A stretch of DNA of 64,000 nt from Geosiphon pyriformis uo1 (taxonomy: Eukaryota > Fungi > Glomeromycota): positions 62,001-126,000 of the forward strand of contig JAAOMT010000718.1 in NCBI GenBank assembly GCA_016748015.1, in the 5' to 3' direction. The translations under genes and the position numbers were made by a program. The notes under the pieces were generated by a model. The model saw only the letters and a program-made list of their open reading frames with translations, was not told the DNA's origin and did no database searches. This document shows, piece after piece, positions 1 to 11,800 of the stretch. Each line of letters begins with the position of its first letter. Position 1 is the first letter of the stretch.

Positions 1-2314
1 TCGGTAATAATCATTCTATGATGATGAAGCACAAGTTTGGTGTCAACTTTCCGAAATTATCTTGTAACGAGTCAAATATTTTTACAAACCTATACTCCGC
101 GGGCAATGACATTCGTAGCATCATCACTGAACTTAATAAATACATTCCCATGATTTGAGCAAGAAATAAAACGATATTGCTTCGCGAGACCGAACTTGAG
201 ACCGCTCTAAAGAACTATTCAAAAAAGAAATGGTTAGTATTTAAATACCCGAAACTTTATGTTAGCCGGGTTATCGAAAAGAAACCAAATGGTGAGATTA
301 CCTTGAGGAGTTGAATCAACAAGCCACGAATAGAAAATATGATCATTAATCCAACAAACAAAAAGCTCAGTTGTTGGGACCAAAAGGGTACATCCAACGT
401 GATATCTATATATTTGATGGCTAAGGTAAGGCCATAAGTAATTGGGTCAGAAGCGGGACCAGTGCGGCTCAATATGATGTTAATCGTTGCCTGAAATCAT
501 TAAAAAAATTAATAGGAAAAGGTATTGTGCACAGACGACGTGCGGGATAGTTCACAAAATTGCACAAATGGCTCACCATAACGATTTTGTAGATACAGTA
601 CACTGAAAATATGTAGCCCAAAAAATTGAAATATTTTCCTTTCCAGGTCTTTGAGTACTCAAGTCGGTCCTAGGGAATAAAAATTTTTAGATTTCAATTA
701 ATTTAAAAGATAAGTTCAAAAAATCCAAATAATTCAGGGATTGTGGTCAATTCACAAACACGAACCTTTTCAAGATATAAATCATCGATATCCAAAAAAA
801 GCTGTCGACCGAGGTTTTCGAGTCCACTAATTTCCTGTCGTAAAGTACCGATGTCTGGGGTGCGAATTGAAAAATATCGTTTTCTTCCAATCACCAAAGA
901 TGAAGGGTCGAAGAAAATTGGAACATACTCTCTCCACCAATTCCCATGCCTCCCGCCACAGTGTTAAACATTTTTCTCACGAATCCACCGACTCTGGTAC
1001 TCTGCTGCAAAGTAAATGAGAAAAAAAAGATCTTAGTTTTCAATGAAAAGAAGAAGATAGACAAATGACCATCCATCTCAAGAAATGGAAATACCTCGTT
1101 CACGTTCTTTTGACGCATCTGGATAATGAGAATACGTTTCTTTTTGCTTATTATCTGTTCTAAAGTTTGAAGATATTTTTTCTCGGCCGCCTGGATATCT
1201 GCGTCTGTAACTTGCCTTTAAAACAAGAAGGGGATAAACAAGGATAATAGTCATGGTATACTCTCTAAAGCAGCGTTTTTCACACAAATTAGGATCATGA
1301 CGGGAAAAACTTTTCAAATTTCCCCACCGCAGAAAGAAAAATAATGTGGCATAGGGACTGTTGACAGCACCAAATCCCGATAAAATCGCCATGATTGTAA
1401 CTCCAATGACACCAACACGGCTCATACCAGACTGTATGAAAAAATCACCTGGGGGGGGGGGAGGGGTGAACAAAGAAAAAGAGGAACAAAAAATTCGTGG
1501 CCTTTTCAAAAAATGTGACGAAAAATTACATTCTCCGGCGGGAGAGCGATCACTTTCATGTCAAATAAAATTTTAAAAGAACACATACTAGTCTCCGAAT
1601 TAGAGTTTTTTGATATTGGGAAAAAAGTTCCAACTTGCCAGAACCCATAAAAATAGACAAGCCAAAAAAAGGTGGAGAAAGTCAATGAATAACGTCTTGA
1701 GAGGCCTTTCAAAATGTTCGTTCAAATTGGAGGATAAAAGTTAAATTTCATATTAGTCTTTGAAGGTACAGATATCAAAAAAAGATATTGGAAAGACTGA
1801 AGATCAAGTCTTTTGATGAGCAATACCGACTCTCGCGCACATTGGTGATAACCAAATTCATTTGGTAAAAAGGAATAAGTATGATGATAAGGAAAAGTAG
1901 AATGTAAAGCGTAACTTTCCAATGAAACCATCGAGAACTGAAAAATACAAATCACAAATGGGGTTTTCGCAGTTAAAACTTGCGGTCTTTTTATTTTTAT
2001 TTTTATTTTTCAATACTCAAATATAAATTTCTGTACAAAAACAAAGTCAAAAGTAGAGGTTAAAAGGAACTTTACTCTCTATCCATCACATCCATTATTT
2101 CAAATATAACCAACTCAAACAAAGCGCAGCTATTGCTAAAAGTGAGAGAAAAGACGGCCTGAACAAGTTGCACGTCGTGCCGATCAGTTGATGACTCGTA
2201 GTCTTTTAAAAGCTTTTTTACAAGGAATATCCAACCGAAAGCAAAGAACAATAACTGAGAACCGAAAAGTATAAGGGCATTATAAATAAAAGTAAAGGTG
2301 TAATCGTAAGCCAT
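1..2314 (-). CDS. GPR89: GPR89/GPHR (Golgi pH regulator, ABA-GPCR-like) membrane protein; multi-exon, 3' end beyond left window edge
   Basis: Exon peptides FFAFGWIFLVKKL, FSLTFSNSCALFELVIFEI, GMSRVGVIGVTIMAILSGFGAVNSPY, LENLGRQLFLDIDDL, DPITYGL and FWSQQLSFLFVGLMIIFSIRGLL match the family. ATG at 2314; GT-AG introns. Confidence 0.93.
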
Positions 2315-2399
2315 TAAAACAAGAAAAGGTTAGAGAAAGCTAAGAAAAAGAACAACAGGAAATTAATATTGGTTAAATTATGTGACTCATGAAATTCTA

Positions 2400-3367
2400 G
2401 ATCAATAATGTTAAAAATTTAATTAATAATATATAAAATAATATGAATAATAATATGAATAAAATATAAAAAATAATACAATACCTTGAATAATAATATA
2501 AATGTCAAAAGAATTTTTTTCTTTTTTTTGTTTAAACCAAAAATAAATAAGTTTCAATGTGTTTTATTAAAAATAATTAATTATAAATTATAAAATAAAA
2601 ATTATTAAGTTGATAATGTTTCAATTAATTTTGGGAAATAAAGGTTATATATATATTCTGTGTTTACAATTTTATAAATAAATAAATAAATAAATTTTTG
2701 TTCATAAAAAAGCTAAAAATTAAATAATTATGATAATATAATTATTTTTTTAAAAAATTGTTTTGAATTTATAATATATAATTTTACCCAGTTTTTAAAA
2801 AATAAAAATAAAAATTTTTAAAAAATTGTATTCTTAACTTATTATTTCTATTAAAGTTTTCTTTGTAAAAAAAAAAAAAAAAAAATTTCGAATACATTAA
2901 AAAATCTTTAAACTTTTTTTATATATATTATATATATACTGTGATAATTCGATTATTTTTTTTTTTAATAAGGCTAAAACCAACGTGTAAATTAATTTGA
3001 TATTTTAGATTTATTTTGATTTTAGATGTATTAAAAAATTACGAATACCAGTTTCTAAAAAACAAGAAATATTGAAAGTCATCAAACACAATAAAATTAT
3101 GATAAGGTTAAAGAAAAGTAAATAAGGAAAAAATTTTTTTTTTTTTTTATCAGATAATCATTAAAATGATAGACCCGGTTTGTTCAATCGAAAAAAAGAA
3201 GTTAATTAATTATTTTCTCTTAAATAGGATTAGACTTTTTAAAATTAATTAAAGAATAATTATTGACAATAGAGTTAGTTATCAATAATAATCTTTTTAA
3301 AAAATGAAAAATAACGTTTCATTTAAATTAATTTAGTCTGAATTGATGTATATATACTTATTTTCTC

Positions 3368-3422
<55 letters not shown>

Positions 3423-4021
3423 TTATTCATTAAATATGTTTCATACTTTTTTCTTTAAAGTTATTTACTTTAATTTTTTTATTTCAATTAATGGGATTTA
3501 AATCATTAATAAACTCAAACGTTATGAGCTCAATAATTTTTAACACTTAAATTTAATTACTCCACTTTATACTACCTTTAATTTGGTTCGGTATTCGATA
3601 TACATGGTCAGCAGTCTAACGAAAAGGAGACAAAATGAGACAAAAGGAAATGATTGAAATATATTTTTGTTAATTTTATTCATCTTCATTTTTATAGATT
3701 ATAAAATTGTTATCGACTATTAATTGAATTTTTTTTTCTTGGTTGATAGATTTAACATGATCAAATATTTATATATTAATCTTTCAATGAAATTTATTTT
3801 TATTTTCAAAGATATCTTTTTATTTTTTGAGTATTAAAAATATAAATAATTTTATAAACGTTTTTCAAATGGAAAAAAAAAACCTATTTAACAACTGAAT
3901 ATTTCTTTATCCAATTTAAAGTTAATATATATTTTCGGTTAAGTAAAAATTATCTCTTTATTATACTCAAATAAAAAAAAATTAATGTAGATAATAATAA
4001 ATTTTACATTGTTCATCCTAT

Positions 4022-4055
<34 letters not shown>

Positions 4056-5010
4056 AATGATAATGATGAATTAAACGAGGAATTTTTTTTTTGATTCTTT
4101 TGAGATAAGGATAAGTCTAACTACGAAACTAAGTTAGAATTGTCAGAATTGAGATACCGATAACCACCATTGTTCTCTAATCTTAAACAAGAATAAATTT
4201 CAAGAACCAAAAGAAATTTAAAACATAACAGATTTTTTTAAGTTTTAATAATGACGTTAATGACTCGGAAATTAATTCCACCTGCTAAAAAAGAGAAAGA
4301 GAAAAAAATTTTTTTTTTTTTTCAAACTACCAATCATTTCAAAAATGATTTTAATTTATGGGACAAAAATTTCTTATTTCTAATAACATATTTTAATTTT
4401 AAAAAAAACCAATATATGTTAAAAACCAATTATAAATTTTATATTTATGAAAAACAATTATTATTTTTTTTAATATTATTATTAATTATAAAAAAAAATT
4501 TACTTTATAAAAAATACAATTATATATATATTATTATTATTATTAATTATTTAAAACTTTTTTCATAATTATTATTATTTTTTTATTAATTTATCAAATT
4601 AAAAAAACAAATCAAAAAAACAAATCAAAAAACAAAATTTTAAATTTAAATATATAATATATATAATTAATAAAAATATGTTATAAAAACATTTTATAAA
4701 TTTAAATTAAAACACTAAAACTAAAAAAAATTATTTAAAATATTTTATTTTATTAAATAAATTTACTTATATAATAAATAAATAAATAAATAAATAAAAA
4801 TTATTATTATTATATAATAATTTATTATTAATTTTTTATATTTTAATTGAATTTTTTCATTCACAAACACAAAATTTATATATATATACATATATAAATA
4901 TATAAATATTAAATTTTTTTTTGGTAAAATTTATTTATTTATCAAGTAACAATTAAAAAATATCTCAAAACATTTTTCTTTAAAATCACATGTTTATAAA
5001 TTTTAATGAA

Positions 5011-5088
<78 letters not shown>

Positions 5089-5296
5089 TTTTGAATAAAA
5101 CTTTCATTATTATTATTTCTCTTTTTTAATTATACTCATAATATTAGAATCTATTAACTAAATAGTTCTCAACAAAATCTTTTCCTAATCATGTTCTTAA
5201 TAAGTAAGAAGGATTAGACGTTTCATCATTTCTATTTCCAAAAAAGATGTAAAATATATTTTTTTTTTAAATAGTTATTTTGAAAAATCAAGATTC

Positions 5297-5331
<35 letters not shown>

Positions 5332-5367
5332 TATTATTATTCTTATTATTATTATTTATTATTATTA

Positions 5368-5465
<98 letters not shown>

Positions 5466-5470
5466 TGTTT
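2400..5470. other. Extremely AT-rich non-coding block with (TAT)n, (GAT)n and (AAT)n microsatellites
   Basis: Almost no G/C. (TAT)n ~3368-3421 and ~5301-5465, (GAT)n ~4023-4067, (AAT)n ~5012-5087. Confidence 0.9.
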
Positions 5471-6501
5471 ACTCCTTAGAACTATAGCCACGAATGAAAA
5501 AATTGTAGCCACATACAAAACAAAAAACATTACTTACATAACACCCAATCAAAACATCGGTACTCGTCTTTGGATAAAAATGGTCCATGTTTATCGAAAT
5601 GTTTAGGGTACGAAATATTTACGATACACCATCAATTCTTCTTCATAAAACACAAACAAACTCACTCTAAAAAGGTCTCGGGACACCAGGTGTCAGTTGT
5701 CCGTCGTCAATTTGATCACCGTCACTGTCGTTACGAAACTTGTCAACTTTGATCGCATAACTTGAAAAAAATAAAGTGGATCACGATCTTGGGAACCTTT
5801 TCTAAAATTGGACAGTTATTATAGTTTGAGAAGATTTCCCGGTCCTGGGTTTTTATTGATAAAGTATATTATCTCGCCAATCATATGATGATCATGACAA
5901 ATTGCGTACGGCAAACAGGTTTCTTTTTCCCTTGTTGGGGAATTTGAATCTAACCAACAATAAATAATTATTATGATTCCACGGGTTTTTCCACATCTTT
6001 TAACTGACAGCCCAAAAAAAAAATAATGTTTTTTATTGTCAGTCAGCCACCAACACAAAACAGTGTCATCAAGTGTTGCCAACTTGCTAAAATTCTCAGT
6101 ACATTGTATACTTATCAAGTTTATTAACTAATCTAGATTGGAAATTACATAAAGCTTTACCACTAACGAATTCTTTGCAAATATTTGAAGGTCCTTTTTG
6201 CCATCGGGGTAATGAAATGCTCCTTTCATTTGGGGATCCATTAATGTGATGTTTGGAAATTTTGGGGATAATTGATAAAAGATAGAGGAAACTGATCAAC
6301 ATTAATACTTGATCTTTGAATATATCACGGTAATACGACAGATTTGATTGGTGAAGGATAATCAAGAATTTTTGATTCATATGCAACCGAGAAACAGACC
6401 CAGGTCAAAATTTGTCCATCGACATACCATTCTATTACCCTCTTCCGCTCTCCACCCTCACCCTTTTCCTCGACCCGTTCTCCCCAATTCGTTCGCGAAA
6501 A

Positions 6502-8232
6502 ATGCCAGGGCAGGATACCACCGCTTTCGAAAGGCCTGTCACTCGAAGCCAGACTAAGAAACCTGTTCAAACTTCTGGAAATATAATTCTAGAATCACAA
6601 GTCCACACCTATAACCATTCCGGTTCCACAGCCTTTGAGTATACGACACTTTATTCACCACAAAATTGTTCGAATAATGAAGAGTTTTGGTCAACGGGAG
6701 TCAACGACGATAATATAAAATTCTTTAACAATATTGACAACTCAAATTTTCATGATCACTCAAAAAAAGGTTCATCGTCTTCAATATATAACAACAGCAG
6801 CACCAGTAAAAGTAATACATATTACAATAACAATTATTCCAATGATTCGTCTCGAACTTCATTTAAAAACTCTCGTCGAATACCGGATTGGAGTCCAGAA
6901 ACTCCTGAATATACACCCGATTTCCAATCTGAATATGGTTTTGATGATGTCTTTGATAAAGCTTTTGGTACTGCACTTGGATCCGATACCGACCAATCAA
7001 ATAAATCAAGTTCCCATGATTCACCACTTTCACCTATTACTCCTTATTCTTCAAATGAAATCGATATAGATCATGATAATGATCGTAATAATGATAATGA
7101 AAGCTATATTGATATCGAATCAGAAGATATGGAAATAGATATTGAATCAATATCACCTCTACAAACACAATCGATTCAAAAAATAGACGACGATCTGGAT
7201 CAAGATATAGAAGATCTACTAAATCTTGATTCGGAAAGCTCTTCCGAAGCAGACGATGAGGATAAAATAACAACAAAACCTTTTACAACAGGAAAATGCA
7301 CCATCGAAGGGATCGTCGTTGACAAATCTGACCTAAGCCGCTCTATGATCGCTGCCGGTCACCGAGAAGAACCGATTATTATTGATGATACTCCTGATAC
7401 CCCATCTTTTTTGACTGGAACTGGCCATCAACAAGAGCCAATTGTAATTGATGATGTTCCCGATGTTTCAAAATCTGTCCCAATCATTGACTCCCAAAAA
7501 GAAAGTCAAGATCTTTTCAAATTAGAAGATCTAATCAGATTAGATAGTGAGAGTGTCACGGATCCATATTCATTAGCTGAATCAAAGCAACCAATAACCC
7601 GCGAAATCCTTATATCCATCAAAAAACGCCTCGATTTAGAAGACACCGAACAAGCAATGTTTTGGTGTTTATGTACTGTGGCCTTTCATTCACTTGCACG
7701 AGTCAATGAACTTGTCACAAACATAAAATCTAAAATTCTTCGGCGGATCGAGGTAAACCAAGTAAAAGCTCCAAAAGTTTACATCGTACCATACGCCTGC
7801 ATACGAATACCCAACAAAAAAAATAAACAAGCCAAGATTCGACATTTGGTGATATTTCCTTCCCATGATGATATTTGTCCTTTAACTGCATTATCAAATT
7901 ACTGTCGTATTCGAACCCAAGAGGGCTACGCTTCTGACAGTGATCCATTCTTCTGTCTCAAAGGTGGTGAGGCAGCCACTCGTGATTGGTTCGACCAAAA
8001 GCTACGTCCCTTATTAGCTAAAGGCGAACCTTTAAAATATAGCTTTCGTGCCGGCGGTGTCTTGGAATTGGTTGCCCAGGGACGAACGAAACCTGACATA
8101 CGATGTATGGGTCGATGGAATTTCAATAATTTCGAGGATTACTTGAATGACCACCCTTCAGTTCTTTTGGCCTTTATCTCAACCTCGATATCAAATGCCT
8201 ACGTGTACGGTGATTCTGCGATGATTTCATAA
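6502..8232 (+). CDS. Intronless protein: acidic/Ser-rich N-terminus with SIM-like motifs plus C-terminal DIRS/Ngaro-like tyrosine recombinase catalytic domain
   Basis: First ATG at 6502. The C-terminal ~200 aa read KQPIT...AMFWCLCTVAFHSLARVNELV...CPLTALSNY...DPFF...KYSFRAGG...IRCMGRW...FEDYL, i.e. the R / (H>Y)xxR / W / Y pattern of tyrosine recombinases. Confidence 0.85.
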   Translation: MPGQDTTAFERPVTRSQTKKPVQTSGNIILESQVHTYNHSGSTAFEYTTLYSPQNCSNNEEFWSTGVNDDNIKFFNNIDNSNFHDHSKKGSSSSIYNNSSTSKSNTYYNNNYSNDSSRTSFKNSRRIPDWSPETPEYTPDFQSEYGFDDVFDKAFGTALGSDTDQSNKSSSHDSPLSPITPYSSNEIDIDHDNDRNNDNESYIDIESEDMEIDIESISPLQTQSIQKIDDDLDQDIEDLLNLDSESSSEADDEDKITTKPFTTGKCTIEGIVVDKSDLSRSMIAAGHREEPIIIDDTPDTPSFLTGTGHQQEPIVIDDVPDVSKSVPIIDSQKESQDLFKLEDLIRLDSESVTDPYSLAESKQPITREILISIKKRLDLEDTEQAMFWCLCTVAFHSLARVNELVTNIKSKILRRIEVNQVKAPKVYIVPYACIRIPNKKNKQAKIRHLVIFPSHDDICPLTALSNYCRIRTQEGYASDSDPFFCLKGGEAATRDWFDQKLRPLLAKGEPLKYSFRAGGVLELVAQGRTKPDIRCMGRWNFNNFEDYLNDHPSVLLAFISTSISNAYVYGDSAMIS

Positions 8233-8868
8233 ATAAAAACAGAAAAAATATTTTAGCGATTCACCGTAATCATAGGATCCAAAAAAATTTACTTTTATGT
8301 TCATTTCTTATGTTTATGTTTCCGTTTCCTGTTGTTCTTCCCTCCTTTATTTGTAGTATAAATACATCTTGACAAACATTTTGCAACACACAAAATTCCC
8401 CACCCCAAAAGTATTTATCTCCTTAATTTTGTTGCAAATAGAATGTCTGGAAAAGTCTAATTGCACATCTTTAAAAGTTTTGAAGTAAATATATTTGCAT
8501 TACTAAGTTGCGTGTATCACGATAAGTTCAAAGCCGATGGCTTTAGGATCTGAAATTTGAATTTTGGTATAATTATTTTGTAATAATTGTCGACGGTTTT
8601 AAATTTTGTCTTCAAAAATAGCCTGCTTATATAGAGTAGCCAACGCTTGGATCATGAAACACTTATTCATTTTATAGAATTAGAATAACAAAGTTTCAGA
8701 TTCTCGTATTATCCGAATCTCCAAAAGATGAAGAGCAAAGTCTAAAAATATTAGGGAGGAAAAAATACAATTTCTTTTTACATAAAAAAACTCCTTGTTA
8801 AAGTCCCTTACCTGCTAAACGTATACTCCACATATCTCAATTTTGTGATATATTTGAATTGATCACCA

Positions 8869-11800
8869 CTAAACTGTGCTAATCTGTGTTCTCAAATCTT
8901 TTAATTCCTTAGCGTATATGTCATATACGGCTGACAAAATTTCGTCAAGATTCATCATCACCAAAGTGTGAAGAACTCCAGGGATTTTTGCTCTTTGCAC
9001 TCCTACCCATTCCAAAGGAGGCGTTGCGTCTCCCATAATTCGTAACTGTGGCTCTAACTTGACAGGCTCCACGGGATCATATTCAAAAGACCGCTTTTTC
9101 GTAGTGACCTGGGTGATGTTTGTCTCTTCAAAGGGAGGAGATTTGTGAGGTATCCATGATTGATCACCAGAAATATTCTTGGATTGCGTCAGACCTTGTT
9201 GAGCAGAAGTAAAGGTTTGAGGGGATGCAGAGCTAACTGAGGTTTTGGAATATTCTCCCGTTCCGATCGAGTTCTTCTTCAATTGTTCTTTATATAATAC
9301 AACTAGTTCTTGCAGATATCTGATCAGGCTGAAATTAAGCGCAACATCTACTTTACCCTCAAAATTTGTTGTGAATTTATAATCAACTCTATTTGTTTCC
9401 TTCCCCTGAGAGGTTATCATGCTTAAATGTGTGCTCGGCAAGCTAAAGATGTTTTTGGAAGAGGAGGCATGCACATGATCAAACCATTGTTGAGCACTGA
9501 GCTTTTTTTCATCCTTGTGGCCCAATTTCTTGCAAAGACTTTTGCTCAGGTTGATGCCGTTGAGATTCATAGAAAGTTCGAGATGTATTTTACGTTCTAT
9601 ATCAACCGATCGTCTCATATCAATTATGAGTTTTTCACACCTCGTTTGTACGCAATCAGGGTCATAGAAATGATGAGGAAAGATGGTTAAACGCACCAAT
9701 TCCATTACTAAAGTTATCTTGCCGACTGGATTCACGACTATATCACCAATTTGCAGTGGTTTAAAAGTACTCCCATTTACGTTTTCATTGCCTGATTTCG
9801 GGGATCTATGCTCAGGACTACCTGAAAGCGTTGAAGCTACAATAGGGTTCACAGGATGAACGGTGGTCGATTCGGAAATCACATTAGAGGCAAACAAACG
9901 CTTCTCCTCAATTAATGCTAGAAGCTTATCCGACATCAGCAAAAAAATGGGTATTGTCTTTACTGCAACAAGCGCTTCTATGTGTCTTAGAACAAGGTCA
10001 GTATGTACTAATACTTCGGACTTCTCGGATGGAACATTTATCCATTGATCTTTGATATTCAATTCCATCGGGTCAACTTCTAAAACTAAAATTTTCTGGT
10101 ATTCGTAATCAAGAGATGATAGAATTCGTTCAGTCTTGAAGAGTAAATTTGTCAGACAAGTCCTATTCATTGATAAAGAAGTTGGAGGCGCCCCAAGCCA
10201 AGTGCTGAAGCTAAGTCCAGTCATGGTAGCAAAACCTACGAGACGACCTTCAGATTGTATTTCAAGAAGGTCCGTTGATAGCGACACACTCCTCACAGCT
10301 CCAGGTACTTTTTTGGTCCTGACTCTTATATTTTGGGTATTGAAACGCACTTTACCAATAGCTTGGCCTAAATCACTAGATAAGTCTAAATTTTTCAAAC
10401 GCAAAATCACGTAAACGGAGTACGGCTTTGCTTTAGCAATAGAGCTCTCTAATTCATTTTCAGTGAGGTTGGATTCTTCTTTTGTGTCGTTATCCTGAAG
10501 TATTGTTCTAATGGTCTCGTTCTGCACTGTTACTTCGTACAGTTTTGTGGCCTGGTCCACCCAGATTGTTTTAAGTAGCAATAAGTCTTGAAGATGGCGG
10601 ATGTTTAAATCAGCAGTAATTTGTGGAAAATCCACTATAATTGATATGGAGTCATCGCTTAGCTTATTAGTTCGCCGACTCATTAAAGTCGCGTTGAATG
10701 AAATATCTTTGGTTTCAGCCTTTAGACAATCCTCAGGAGAAAAGGCATGACGAATATTGCCAGAAACCCCTCGAATTTTTCCTAGACATTTTAAACCTTG
10801 CGCACCTTCATTGCCACTATTCGAAGAAACGAGAAAATTACCTTCTTGCCAATTGAGAGAGCAAAAAACTTTTGAAGTAGGCTGGCAACTGAAATCAAAG
10901 GTAGTTTTCGAAAGTCTAAAGTAACCAGTAAAATTAATGCCATAAATTTGTGGAGCACTTTGTTGAACTGCAATAGCCTTTTTATCACTGCTCCTTTGGA
11001 CGCCAACTTTGAGACCCTCGATAATATCCTTTATGAAAGGTACAAGAGAGGGATACAAAATATTCTCACTGGGATGAATGATAAGTTCAATATAAACACG
11101 TTTTCTGGATGAATCCACTAATTGACCAATGATTGTTCGGAAAGTCGTATTTAAACTCAAGCCTGGAATCACAATAACATCGATGCCATTTTCACCTTGC
11201 CTAGAGGGCTCTTCCGGTGATGTGTAGCTATAAAGTGTATCTAAATTCAATCGCGGAAGAGACGCTAAACTTCCACGAGACGACCTTGATTTCTCTGAAA
11301 TTTTTTGAGTCCTTATCGACTGTTGCCGGGTGAAATGATGTTTAGGGTATAGCTTCCATACACCTCCCTTGGCTGTAAAGGTGGCCTGTATTTCCAAATC
11401 TAACATATTAGGCTGAGAATTTTCATGCTTGAAGCTAGGTGATGGTAAAGAAGTTGTGGATGATCCTTTTCCTTTAGTGTTAGATATTGAGGTTGAATTG
11501 GCCTCGGCTGTGAATGACTCCAATCTTTCTCTACTTGCTGCATATATTTCTCCCAAGGTATTTATATGGGTTACAATGTTACCACCAATATCTAACTCGA
11601 AGCCTTCAACACGGGAATCAATGAAAATCTGCTTTTTTTCTTTTGTTCCTAAAGTCTGTACTTCACAAGAAATTTCAGGAAAATAGATTCGATTCATCTT
11701 TGGGTGATATTGTGAAGAAAAATGATTTTCGTTGCTCTGATCAAATTGTGGAACAAATTGAAGGGATAATTCATTTAGTGATGCACAACTCGTTTTCCAT

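Noticed and set aside
5280-5606. Poly-Tyr ORF (also 4251-4568, 30453-30635, 31188-31373)
   Set aside because: Translations of (TAT)n microsatellites or AT-rich DNA; no credible coding signal.
5470-8860. Complete DIRS or Crypton element around the YR gene
   Set aside because: No RT/RNase H/gag ORF, ITRs, split direct repeats or TSD visible in the flanks.
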